NCBI GenBank assembly: GCA_964247055.1
Contig: OZ176052.1
Coordinates: 9,548,001 to 9,612,000 of the forward strand
Origin: Paragordius varius
Lineage: Eukaryota > Animalia > Nematomorpha
Direction of reading: 5' to 3'
DNA: 64,000 bases
Position numbers and translations under genes: made by a program. Positions 26,174 through 39,354 of this stretch are shown one piece after another. How positions within the stretch are numbered: position 1 is the first letter of the stretch; every line of letters begins with the position of its first letter. Below the pieces are notes generated by a model. It worked only from the letters and a program-made list of their open reading frames with translations. It ran no database searches and was not told where the DNA came from.

Positions 26174-28421
26174 AATAGCTAGCTTGAAAGTAAGCTCAAA
26201 CTTTTTTAACCATTTTGTGCCTGCATTCATTCAAATTAGCCTGTATCCATCATTTCACATAATGAAAACATGCTTTCGTCAACAATGGATTCACTTTTAT
26301 CTATTATATAGACCACACATTTAGATTCACCTATATAAGGATCACTCAGGCGTAGTAAACCCTTCATCCTTCCATACTCGATACTTATAAGTGGTAGTCA
26401 TCAAAAATTTTAAAGGGTCGAATTCATGTCATAAGCGCTGTGCGTTATAAAATACCGACAAATATTTACTGGCAGTTTGACACATATCAAGATATTTATA
26501 AATAAGTTGATTAAAGAATTAAATCCATTAAAAGCAATTTAAGGCCCGCAGTTCAAATACCACAGGCGGAAGGAAGGAACGAACGACCTTAAAATAGGTA
26601 AAAGATAGGAGAACTAGAGTGCAATTCTTTTATTAACTTATTATAATAATGTGTGTCAAGGGAGACTTAAGTATAATAATTACTGACTCTACGTAGTTTA
26701 GTCTATGAATTAATTAACTTACATTGTGTCCAGATTATTAGATCCGATGTGATTACAAAATTAAGAAAATCCGTGTTGGATTGATAAAACAATATAAATA
26801 TAAAAGTCCCTAAAGCAGTGGTACTAACCAATTTTTTATAATATCTTAAGAGGTTTTTTAACCCATTCTATAACGCCTCAATCAAGTACGTTTCAACAAA
26901 ATTTTGCTAAAAAATTAAATTTTTAAAAAATTGCATTTTATTAAATTTTCAATTGATATCAATATTTAGAATAAAGTTATTATCGCACAATCCCGACATT
27001 TTTGTGTTAATATAAAGAACTAGCCCATTTTAGACGAGCGAAAAAAATTGTCACCTTTAAGGCGTCCATCTAAAAATAAAAAAATTATGCTTTTAATAGA
27101 TTCATTATATATTTTAGTGTAGTTATATTTTTTGGAATGAAGCACATAGCTTACACCAAATGAATTTTATTTAAAAAGTGCGCTAATTTTGCCATTTTCT
27201 GATATCGATCAGTTACCTGAAAAGTTTAAAAACTTTTTTATATAATTTTTAAGGCTAAAACCAAACGCACCATAATAATCCTGTTTTTGTGGACACTGTG
27301 GTATAAATGATATAATATTTTTAATTTATAAAATGTCCACCTAAATTACTAACAAAATGGGTGGTGTCAATTTATATTAAATAATTCATTACCATTTCAT
27401 TTTTTACAGACAATTACATTTTGGAGTAATTTATTACTCCATTACCTAGGGTAGTTTTATATATACCAGAGCGATTTGAAATTCGAATTGTAAGGTATTA
27501 TTAGGCCGAATTTAAAAATCTGCTTTCTTTAGTCTTTTGAGTGCATCATACTAAGAAATTTATTAAAAAATATAATATTGTAAAAAATTTTTCATCTAAA
27601 ACTTTTGCCGCCATTTTTTCCTAAAATTTTTTAAATCGCTAATGCAACACACAAAAGGTAGAGGACAAAAAAATGTAAGTAAATGTTAATAACCAATTGT
27701 AGAAAGCCACCTTAATTGTTATATTTCAATTATCAAACCATGTTTTCTTGTTTGAAAAACAAAAACTTAAAAAAATTAAAGAGTTATAAATTAGAGCCGC
27801 AACACCATTGAAATAAACAGTTTATATTATAATTTTTATCAAAAATTAGTAGGTAAAATGTAATTCAAAAGCTTTCCATCAAATATTTTCATTATTATTT
27901 ATTTGCCTGTTGTATTAGTGAATTATAAATCAAAGAAAAAAATGGGAAGAAAAATTTTGAGGTAAGGATAATTCTAAAAATTAAAAAAAATTATACATGC
28001 TCTTAATAGGTTAAAGAAATAAACAATACTTTTAAAGATATTTATATTTAAAATGGCTCGTATATATATCGCAGTAAGTAATATAGTGTTATATTATATA
28101 AATAGCCTATTAAGTAAATAAATTAGTTTTCAATACCATATGAACTTTGACTCTATGCTTTTTTTCACAACTTCTTAGTTGAATCGTTAGAATTGTACCG
28201 CTTATAAAATATATACATGTTAATAATATAAAAAGGAACAATGGTTTTAGCATACTTTTTTGGCTAACACATGTCATGTAAAATTTTGTGTTCAGGTTTA
28301 TTCATATATTAAAGTAATATAAAGTGACTTTGGATAAATCATTTTATTTATGTTGCTTACATTCCTGTTATGACAGGTTAACTACCTAAATTGGGAAACT
28401 TGTAAACATGATTAGTATTAA

Positions 28422-28650
28422 CACTTGGATACAGCACATTCATTTCCGTCCTCCGGCTTGAATTGGGGTTTTTGGGGACCCCAGGCCTGTTTAAAAATAA
28501 AATATTTTTTATAGAACAAATTGAAACCATTGCAAAAGTTTGCACTTCAATAACATTGATGAAACGAGATAAAAAGAGAGTGATTTAAAAAACTTGAAAA
28601 TACTTATTTTATGGATGAACTCCAAGGTAAAATTTAGTCAATATGACATA
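28422..28650 (+). mobile_element. Family A MITE, left-end fragment
   Basis: TTAA followed by CACTTGGATACAGCAC...TTGAATTGGGG...CCCCAGGCCTGTTTAAAA, collinear with the 1548 copy. Confidence 0.65.
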
Positions 28651-29151
28651 TGTGCATTATGTGTAATAAATAAAGGGGTAAAAAATAATCTGATGAATAA
28701 TATAATTCTGATATGAAATGTATCGAGATTATCAAGATACTTTTGTTAATTACGAGTGATTTAAGAAAATTGTTTAGACTTTTGTGGTAAGTGACCCACA
28801 TTAAAAAATGGCGAATTTCGCACACATTTTTTAAATAAAATTTTTTGGGAGAGTTATAGGCTTCATTCCAAAAAACTAAAATATAATCACATAAAAAGAA
28901 TATTTTTAAAAAATTAATTTTAGATGTGGGCTACAAAAGTCCCATTTTTGCTCTATTAAAATCGAATAGTCCTCTTTGAATTAAGCAAAAATGCCGGGAT
29001 TGCGGGATAAAAATATTGAATATGTGCTAAATTTTCATATCAACTAAAAATATTTTTTATTATCCATACATTTAAAAAATTTAAATTTTAGCAAAAAAAT
29101 TTTTAAGCCTACTTCTTACTACTTTAGTACTCCAAAGGGTTAAAGCCTTAA

Positions 29152-29310
29152 CACTTCAAATTGGGGTATCTAAATACTCCAGACAATATATAATTTGATA
29201 TTTTTAAAACCTACTGACAGAAACGGTCCCAATTTAAATTTATCCTTCTATTATCCTAAAAATTATATAAAAAAGCCGAAATATCTTAATAAAATTTAGT
29301 TAAAAAAAGC
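29152..29310 (-). mobile_element. Family A MITE, right-end fragment
   Basis: TTAA followed by CACTTCAAATTGGGGTATCTAAATAC...GAAACGGTCCCAATTTAAATTTAT, collinear with 35732 onward. Confidence 0.65.
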
Positions 29311-29323
29311 TTTATATCTAGAA

Positions 29324-31995
29324 CAGGGGTGTCCAACAGGGTACTCGCGAGCCACTAGTGGCTCTTGAAAATTTTGAGTGGCTCTTTGAAAATTTTGAAA
29401 TTATTTATATGTAAATTATGCATTTTTATTTTGACATTTAAATTATTTTTAGAAACTTTCAATAAAATTCTTTATTATAAATATCTATATTCGCATTCAT
29501 TTAATCATTTATAAAACACATTTTTTCCTGCATGTTATTTCCAACTTCAAGATGATAACTTTCTTAAATTAAAACATTATACTTGCAAAAATTAGGTATT
29601 TAATATAATTTATATAGCTTTCATACCAATACTGGGAATTATAATTTGGGTCCATTAAAACATTGAATACTTGCAAAAATAGGTATTTAAAATAATTTAT
29701 TTAGCTTTCATACCAATACTGGGAATTATAATTTGGGTCCATTGAAACATTGAAATACTTGCAAAAAATAGGTATTTATAATAATATATTTAGCTTTATA
29801 CCAATACTGGGAATTATAATTTGGGTCCATTGAAAAATTAAATTACTTGCAAAAAATAAGTATTTAAAATAATTTATTTAGCTTTCAATATGCATAAATC
29901 TAAAAAAGTAACTAGAAAATACAATCCCGACTGGGAATTAAAATATGGGTTTACAAATTTTCAACAAAGCGGAGTGCGTTATTTGCAAATTTACGACAAA
30001 CGGGTTTCGCGAATATAATTTAAAAAGGCATGCCAATACCATGCATTTGGATTTTATTAATATGATTACAGAAATGAAAATAATAAAAAAAATTATCTTT
30101 AAAAAATATTAATAATATCCAACCAACAATTTCATTCACGCAACCTTATCCGATAATAAAGGCAAGTTATATTGTTGCCAATTTACTCGCCAAAAAAATT
30201 ATGCCTTATTCTGATGGTAGTTTGTAAAGGAATGCGTACTGGAAATTATAAAATGTGTTTTGCCTAATAAAGTTGAATTAATATCCAGTATAAGTCTTTC
30301 GCGCAATACTATGTGTCGAAGAATTACAGACATCGCAGAAGAAATTCAACTCCCTAAAAAGAATTCAAAATTTTGTGGCGTTTTCCTTGTCAATTGATGA
30401 AAGCACAGATATAAGCAACATATCACAATTGGTAGTCTTTATTCGAGGGATAGATGAATTTTTTAATATAACAGAAGATATGTTAGGCTTACTTCCGATG
30501 AAAAATACAACTAAGGGAGATGATATGTTTCATGCAATTTTAAAATGTGGACAATTTATTAAATATGAGGGCGCTATCTTGTTTGACAACAGATGGTGCC
30601 CCAGCTATGATGGAAAAAAACCAGGGAACCGTGAAATTATTGTTAAATAAGATGGAATCCGATGCTATTAATATTGACCATATATATATAATGCATTGCA
30701 TGATTTACCGTGAAAATCTTTGCGCACATGCTCTGAGAATGGACAATGTTATGACCGTTGTTATTATAATAGTTTATTTATAAAATCTCATGCTTTGAAG
30801 CATGGGCAGTTTAAGGAGTTATTAAAAGAAATTCATGAATATGGAGATCTTATATTTTTTCAAATGTAAGGTGGCTTAGTTGAGGGAAATGTCTAAAAAG
30901 GTTTTATTATTTATTAAAGAAATAAATATTTTTCTATTGCAGAATAATTATTTGGTAGAGGAATTAACCAATGAAGATTGGTTGTCAGATTTATGCTTTT
31001 CCGTAGATATTACAGAAAAACTAAATCAATTAAATGAATCCTTGCAAAAGCAAGATAATTTATTTGTTGATGCGAATAACCATATTAAAGCGTTTTGTAA
31101 AAAATTGACGTTATTTGAATGCCATTTAAAAAAAATAATGCTGAACATTTTCCAGAATCGAATAGATTTAAAGCAGGTAAAACTAACGATTTTTCAAAAT
31201 ATGTAGATCAAATTAACACATTATCAAAAGCTTTTAATAATCGATACGGGGATATGACAAAATATGAAAAAATATTGGATTTATTTTGTTGTCCATTCTA
31301 CGTTGAAGCTATCAACGCTCCTATTAATTACAAATGGATTACTAGATTTGCAATTCAATAATGAATAAAAATTATCATTTGGGCAAACAAATAAAATTGA
31401 ATTTTATAAAAAATATATAACGTTTGACCTAATTTAAGAATTTTTGCACAAAGATTAATTTGTGCTTTTGGGTCCACTTATCTTTGTGAAAGTTTTTTTT
31501 TCTAAAATGAAATACACAAAATCTCTTTCACGTTCTTTATCTGATGAAAACTTAAAGATTGAATTGAAATGTGCTATATCAATTGATATATATTTGAATA
31601 AATTAAGCAAAAAAATTACAAAACAAATATCCCATTAAAATTTAATTGTACAATGAAAAATATTTATTTCTTTTATTTTTATTAGATAAAAAAGGGTTAC
31701 ATTTTGGCGATTTAATTCGCCACAGTCTACTCTAGTCATACTATCGTATTGCAATAAGTTTACCATATCCATGTATTTTTATCTTATTTTTACACATTGA
31801 TATAATTTAATTAGCAAAGAATTATTATATTTATACTGTTTATTTTCTTTTTGATATGAAAATTAGCACATCTATATGTTAATATAATAAATTTATTTGT
31901 TACCAATGTCTTGATATATATAAATAAAAAGTGGCTCTTTGGAATTTTGAGGTCGAAATGGTGGCTCTTCAAGCCATTTCTGTTGGACACCCCTG
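29324..31995 (+). mobile_element. Full-length hAT (Buster/Charlie-type) transposon with a frameshifted transposase
   Basis: Perfect 16-bp TIR CAGGGGTGTCCAACAG and identical 8-bp TSD ATCTAGAA (29316-29323, 31996-32003). Subterminal GTGGCTC motifs. Fragments FSLSIDESTD, LTTDGAPAM, HCMIYRENLCA, WLSDLCFSVDI and FGSTYLCES are broken by stops and frameshifts. Confidence 0.93.
29580..29890 (+). repeat. Tandem repeat of an 88-bp unit (3.5 copies) inside the hAT element
   Basis: The unit starts TACTTGCAAAAA at 29580, 29668, 29756 and 29844. Confidence 0.9.
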
Positions 31996-31998
31996 ATC

Positions 31999-33140
31999 TA
32001 GAATGACCAGATTTTTTCAAGGAAAAAGCGGGACAAATCTGAGAAAAGGGGAGGGCATGGGGGGGTGGGGGGTTTAACCAAAAATTTTTATACAATAGTG
32101 TAATATTTATCTATTTTTAGCACAAATACATTATAAATATAAAAAAATATTTTATTCCTGGGTCGTAGGTTATTTGTACCTTAATAATAAATTTCCATGT
32201 GCACGAACAAAGGGTGAAGCGATTGTATGCAATGTCATTTCAACAATGCATTTTCTAAAATAGAAAAAGATTTACAGAAAATAAATTTCATATCGCTATA
32301 TTCTGATGCACATAATTATTTCCCACTCTCATTCTCTACCAGTGAAATTCTGACATAAATTTTACTTCAATAATGAATATTCTGGAAAAAAATAATTTAA
32401 AAGACAAAATCATCGCAAAGTGCGTTGGGTGGAAATGCAAGGAGCGGCACAAAAAAATATTTTTAATAATTTAGCGAATAATCTTAATCAAAACATTATT
32501 GGCGGATACACAACGCTATTCAAACAGCTGATGATTTACTTCTGGATGTGGAAAATTTAGTTGTTAAAATGCTTGGAAGTGTAGAACTCGTTGGTTAGCT
32601 CTTTTGCCAGCTATTAAAAAAATTTAAAAATGTATGATCACCTAGATTCCTATTTTTTATCGTAGGACAAATGTCTAAAATTCCAAATCAAAAAAAGTTA
32701 GAAAATAATTTTATACCATTACCTAATCACATAATTATAAATCATCCAAAAAAACAAGGCTCAATGAATAGCCAGGATATAAAAATGTTTTATACAAACT
32801 GAAAAATTTGGAATACAAGACGGTGCAATTTAATGACTTTTTCTGAAGTATCATTATCATAAATATATTGATGATGAAAACTTAAATTATGGACAACAGA
32901 AAAAAATACAGTAGAATAGGAATGGTTTGAAATAATTATTTTTAAACAAACTATATTCCATACAATAATAAAAATTGTAGAATTAGCATTATCTTTACCT
33001 GTGACCACTGCTATTGAACGCGTTTTTCCACAGCACATGTTTGGACACGGAAAAATCAAATTTAAATGTTGAAACTTTACTAGCCATTTTATGTGTTCAA
33101 ATATAATTTGACAAATTATTATGAAGACTTATACAATATT
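31999..33140 (+). pseudogene. Degenerate Blackjack-type hAT fragment (TIR plus deleted transposase)
   Basis: Begins TAGAATGACCAGAT...CGGGACA, resembling Blackjack-type termini. Contains a hATC-like KIVELALSLPVTTA.ERVF near 32970-33030 and is an inverted homolog of 33380-34640. Confidence 0.65.
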
Positions 33141-34900
33141 TTAAGTAATTTTTTTATTTTTTAACACAAAAACTTTATAAATGTAAGAAAATATTTTATT
33201 TTTTGGTATATTTTTATTTAAGTGAATGCATTTTATCAGATTGTCATCATTTTTTAAAATATTGTAGAAGTCTTCAGAATTTGTAAAACTATATTTGACA
33301 AATAAAATGGCCTTTAAAGTTCCAACATTTATGATTTTTCCGATGTCCACACTTGATTTACTGTGGAAAAAACGCGCTCAGTAGCAGCGTTGGTTCCAGG
33401 TAAAGATAGTGCGAATTCCAGAATTTTAAAAATATTATTGTATGGAACATAGTTTGTTTCAAAATGATAAAATATTTCTTACCATTTTTTTTTCTACTGT
33501 ATTTTTTCTGTTGTCCATAATTTAAATTTTTATTATTAATATATTTTTTAACTAATGATACTTAAGAAAGATTATTTTCTGAAAGATTACTTTTTGGGAA
33601 TTTTTGGGATATGCAGATGTAATCAAATGATTTTTGATCGCACCAGTTAAATTCTGGTTTTAATGTTATCCAATAATGATCAATTTCATTGAATTGTACC
33701 GTCCGGTCTTCCAAATAATCTTTACAGTTTGTATAAAACATTTTTATATGTAGCAGGATATCTTGACGATTTATTGAGCTTTGTTTTTCTAAATTATTTA
33801 TAATGCGGATGATTAATGGTATAAAATTATTTTCTAATAGTTCTTGTTGGAATTTTAGGTTACTAACTTCATTGGCTACTTCGATTGCCGAAATTTTGTC
33901 ACCTTCTATCAATTTAATAACATTTTGAAAGAGAGAAGCTTGATTATTTAGGAACTCTAACCATATTTTTAAAGAATCACTTTCAAAAAACTTTTCCAAA
34001 GTTGTAGGACATTTGTCCTAAAAAATAGGATTTTAAAGGATCATACATATTTAAAATTTTTTTCACTGGCAGAAGAGCTAACCAATGAGTTTTACAATAT
34101 CCAAGCATTTTTTGATATGGAACTTCTGCATTTTCACAGAATTCCTTAAGCGTTTCAATGCGTACCGTGTATATATAAAAATAGGAATATATTTTAACAA
34201 TTACATTTTATACATCTAGGGGTAACATATCATCAGCTGTTTTAATAGCGTTGTGTTTTAAATGCGCTGCATACCCAACGCCAATTATGATTTGATTTAG
34301 ATTATCAGAATTTATGAAAAATATTTTTTGTTCCCCTCCTTGCTTTTCCACCGAAGTTCGTATTGGTGTTGTCAGCGCAATATGATTCTGTCTTTTAAAT
34401 TTTTTTTTCTATAATATTCATTATTGAAGTAAAAATTATGTCGGAATTTTCGCCAGGTTGAGAAATAAATCTATTTTAATTTCTCCGGTTTCTGGAACAA
34501 AATATTTTATTAAGGAAATAATTTTGTTTCCTTGTGATTTGATGCATCAGAGTATAGCGATATGAAATTAATTTTCAGCAAATGTTTTTGTATTTTAGAA
34601 AATGTATGTGGCGAAAAGACATTGCATAAAATGACAGCCTTTGTACGGGCACATGTAAATTTTTATTGTATAGGTACGAATAATCTGTGAGGTACAATCC
34701 ATAGATCTAAAGAAATGATTGTAATTAACGGCGTGAAAAGATAAAACGCCTTCGGCTAGTGCCAAATTCATTTCTTCCTCTCCAAAAGCTGTTTTTCGAT
34801 AAAAATCACTCATTTTGTAAGATGATGCCGCCATATCTAAACATTTTTTATGTTTCTGTGTTTTCATATGCTTTTGCCGCCATGTGCTAGGGTTTCCCTC
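33141..34900 (-). pseudogene. Degenerate hAT transposase (same family as 31999-33140)
   Basis: ORF pieces AEGVLSFHAVNYNHFFRSMDCTS and KIWLEFLNNQASLF, plus the hATC motif KILEFALSLPGTNAATERVFS, with stops and frameshifts. Confidence 0.78.
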
Positions 34901-35731
34901 GCATAAAGAACATTTAACAAATGATTCATTCTTCGTTTTTTTGATAAAAGGATATTCTTCATTAATTCATCGTTGAATTTACAACCTTTTGTGCCTATAT
35001 TTTTAAACTAATATTAGTATAAAAAAATATCAATTACCTTAATTTTCTAAACGTATAAGCTACCGATTTGTGGTATTAATTTGTCTTTTTGATAATGTTG
35101 GCAGGTAATATAACTAAAATATTAATATAAAAAAATTTTATTACCTTAATTTTCTGGAGTAAGTATGTAAGCTACCGATTTCGGTATTAACTTTTGTTTT
35201 TGATAAGTAGGAGTAGGAATCAAAGTGTATAATCATATGATACAAATTCGAATAAATTTAGAGTATTTTAAAAAAAAATTTTATAATCAAATTATTTCGC
35301 CGTCATTTTTATTTTACAACATTTATTCAAAATATCGTTTTAATTTAAAAGCGAAGATTACAATGTATTTTTATTCAAATTAATCTAAAATTGCTAGAAA
35401 CAGAAGTGATTTATTTTTTATATTTTGCTAATGCACACATGTCAGGTTGACTAAATTTTTACCTTTGGGTTTTACCTAATAAGTAATATCAAGCATTTTT
35501 GTATGATTTTTTTATATTTGGGTTCATGTTATATAAATGCACACTTTTGCCATGGTTTCAATTACTTAGATATTTTTTGAAGTATTTAATTTTAAACACT
35601 CTAGGGTATCCCCAATTAGAATCGACGGAATAGAATGAATATGTTGCATACAAGTGTTAATATAGTATAAAAACACCTTTTTTATTTATAGCTGATGCTG
35701 AACATTTTGATCGTTTCAGAATTATACTTAA

Positions 35732-36311
35732 AACTTCGATTCAAATTGGGGTATCTAAATACCCAAGACTAAATTTAAATATATATTTTAAAAAAACGAC
35801 TGAAGGAAATATGTCCCAATTTAAATTTATGCTTCTATCCTGATAAAAATTATATAAATATGCCAAAATATCTTGATAAAATTTTGTTTTGAATAAATAG
35901 TTCCATCTCAAACTACTTCGACGCCATTTTTATTTTACAAAATTTTTGCAAAATATCGTCTTCATTTAATTTTAAGGGTAAAACTAAAGCTAATTTTCAA
36001 TATAAATTACATCTAACAATGATAGAAATACAAAAAGCGGTTTATTTTGTATTATTTTTTAATTTCACCATTTGACACATGTCATGTTGACGAAATTTTT
36101 ATCTTTCGGTTTTAGCTTTAAAAAAGTAATATCAAGTATTTTTTAATAAATTTTTTTATATATTTTGGTTTATTAATGTTATATAAGTGCAAAATTTTGC
36201 CATGGTTTCGTTTCCTTCCAAATTTTTTTAAGTATTTGATTTCAAACAGGCCTGGGGTATCCAACCCCAATTTGAATCGAAGGACTAAAATGAGTGTGTT
36301 GTATCCAAGTG
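35732..36311 (-). mobile_element. Family A MITE, complete copy
   Basis: TTAA on both sides (35728-35731, 36312-36315). Termini AACTTCGATTCAAATTGGGG and GTATCCAAGTG. An older partial copy ends at 35656, also followed by TTAA. Confidence 0.85.
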
Positions 36312-37790
36312 TTAAAAGGCTCGTTTGCTTATAAAATAACATATTATTTATTTAACATAAATTTTAAGACAAACGATATTTTAATAAAATTTCTAAGGTT
36401 CTAGAAAGGATTGGTATCGTTATATACTTCATATATGTTAAAGTGTTTTATACCATTTATTGCCTTAAAATAGTATCAAGTATCTTCCAACAAAAATTTT
36501 CAAAAAAATTAAATTTTTTAAAATAATATGCATTTTTGCAAAAATAATTTTAGTTGATATTAAATTTTAGTATATATAAAAAATATTTAGCTCACGATAT
36601 CAGCATTTTTGGGTGTATTTAACTATCCTATGTTAGCAAGAGCAAAAAACTTGGGAACTTCATGGCCTACATTAAAAAATAAAATAATTGTTCGGATTAT
36701 AAAGAGTTTATTATATATTTTAATAAAATTTTTTGGAATGAAGCGTTTAGCTTTCACACAAAAAATTTATTAAAATAAAATGTCAAATTTTGTCATTTTC
36801 CGATACAGATCCACTTACTACACTAGTGTAAATTATTTTCTTATATCATTCGTAAGGACTAAAACCAAACGCGCTATGACCATAAAAAACCTACTATATT
36901 TTCCCAAAATATTTTATCAACTTATTTTTTGTGAACACTGTGTTGGCTAATATAAAAATAAAATACACCACTTTTTTGTTTATATCAATGTTAGATGCGA
37001 ATTTAGTCAAAAATTAACTTTAACATTAGCGTTATAATCAAATAAACCGATGATTTGTAAAAATGTTGTAAAAAAATGGCGTTGAAGAGATTTATACAAT
37101 TTTTTTCAAAACAACATTTTGTTTAGAAAATTTGGCTCATTTAAATTAATTTTAGGATAGAAGCATAAATTTAAATTAGGACCATTTGAATCGCTAGTGT
37201 TTATAACGATTTAAAAATTGTCTAACCTAAGCTATTTAAATATCCCAATTGGAATTAAAGTTTAAATTGGAGCGAATTTAATAAATGGACCTTTAGCGCA
37301 TTGCAAATGATAAATAATTGGTACTTTTAAATTAAAATCGACAAAAACGTTTTCGAGAAAATTAGTTTAATTTTTTTAAAATTACCAGTTTTAGAGGGCA
37401 AATTATTGAATAATCAATTGACTTACAAGTCAAGTGTGACTTTTTTATCACCCCACCCATCAGTCATATTCGGTACTTTCGTAAAAAAATCTATTGTTGA
37501 TACTGAATGGACTTAAAGTAGTTTTATTGTTTTAAACCAGTTTACTGGGATTGGGTCGAAACTGTGATATAAAATCCTTGGACCTTAGCGCATTTTTTAT
37601 TTTTTCACCACACGTTTACTAGGATTGGGTCAAAACTGTGAAATAAAATCCTTAACCCTAGCGCATTTATTAATTAAAAATATGAGCTTTACGGTCCATA
37701 AAGTTTAATAACTTTGGAAAAATATCTAAAAATAATTATATTATTTTGTCATGTACCCAAAAAATCCATAGGTAATTTTTGGTCCAAAAT

Positions 37791-37906
37791 TAATGTGACC
37801 AGATATTTTGAACTTGGACGCAGTACAAAATTAAAACATACTTTGCCTGTTTTTACAGCATAGGTGTGGTATATAAAGTTACCACAAAAAAAATTCCACA
37901 TGAAAT

Positions 37907-37937
<31 letters not shown>

Positions 37938-39108
37938 CTGATAGGAAAATATCACATGGTCCTTTTGGTTTAAGTTTTTAGATGTGGGCCCTGCAGGTCC
38001 TAATTTTTTGGCTCTTCTACGATCTGAGATTATACAATAGTTTTAAATATATGTTGCTTTGATATCAACCAAATATATTTTTAAAAAATGCATACTTTCA
38101 AAAATTTGATATTTAGCAAATTTTGTTGAAGCATATTTCATACTAATTTCAGCATGATGGAAACGATATAAACGGTTGTTATAACATTTTTATATCATTC
38201 GATAATACTAATTTCTCAAACAGAATTTTGATTAAAATATTCGTTCGTTTTCAATTTTATGTTAAATAAAAATTTTGTTTTTTTACGAAAATTTACCAAA
38301 ATTTGAAAGCAAACAAACCTTTAAATTAAAACTCTATGTTCAACATCATCGAATTATTTAAAAAATGGTTAGGGTTATATATCTTAAAGCGAACCATTTC
38401 CATCATGCTTTAAAATCGTAACTATTCAACAAAATATCTCGCATTTGTTGCAAAAAATAAGAAAACTAATGAACATAAAGTTTAGGAAAAAAGTAAATAT
38501 TATACACACCTAATGAGAATAAAAAACGTATACCAAATAAAGGTTATTTCGAAATCATATGCCATAATAATAAATTTTAAATAATAGTTACGAAAATAAC
38601 AATTTTCTATAAAATTTTTCGTTTGATAATTTTAACAAAAAATTAACTCTCTAACCTTATTCAAACATTTATTAAAATATAATAAATTAATTTTGTTAAT
38701 TTTAAATTTTGAGGCACCTCTATTTGCAGAAGCCTATGCTGAATCTTACGGTGGAGTCGGAGATTTATAGTTTTGCCACTGCGCGAAAGGCTGCAATTAT
38801 AAGTGGTTTGACCGATTCTTAATCCAATTTTATGTATAATTCGAGCAAAAAATAAAATATCAACCAATTAAAAATAGGCCAATGTTAGTTTTTTACCGCA
38901 AAATAATTTTTACAAATTATGGGTTTATTTTTGCAGAGCGTACTATATCAAATTCTAAAATAATTTTCTCGAAAAAAGGTAATCAATATATATTCATAAA
39001 TAATTAATTTAATTTCAAAAAGCAGTACAAAAGTGGGCGCAGTACAATCGCAGTTTTTTCTGAAAATCCAGTACTGTACTGCGAAAAACAGCCTATCTGG
39101 TCACATTA
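37791..39108 (+). mobile_element. Family B non-autonomous hAT element (Blackjack-like TIR)
   Basis: 14-bp TIR TAATGTGACCAGAT/ATCTGGTCACATTA with a perfect 8-bp TSD TCCAAAAT. No ORF. Confidence 0.9.
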
Positions 39109-39354
39109 TCCAAAATATAATGGGAGAATTTTTATATTACTAGAAATGGGTGTCTGAAAAATATAATACAAAGGTAGAGCTTGAACCATAAAATTTTAAT
39201 ATATCTTCATAGAAAGCTCTGGTATTTATCACTATTATGCGGGCACAGTCCTTTAGACAAGGTAGACTTTTTTAGCTGCCTACCATTTTACCACTGATTT
39301 ATCTCTGATTTCATACATTGTTATAAGAGAGTGTTATAACATCTGCATATATTA

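Noticed and set aside
26221-26420. Possible U3-like snoRNA or small gene upstream of GPX7
   Set aside because: Only a weak box-A-like match (GATCCTTATATAG), no convincing C/D boxes, and the roughly 50-codon frame has no recognisable motif.
26495-26560. tRNA/SINE-like AAGGCCCGCAGTTCAAATACC
   Set aside because: Imperfect B-box, and no A-box or cloverleaf could be built. tRNAscan-SE would settle it.
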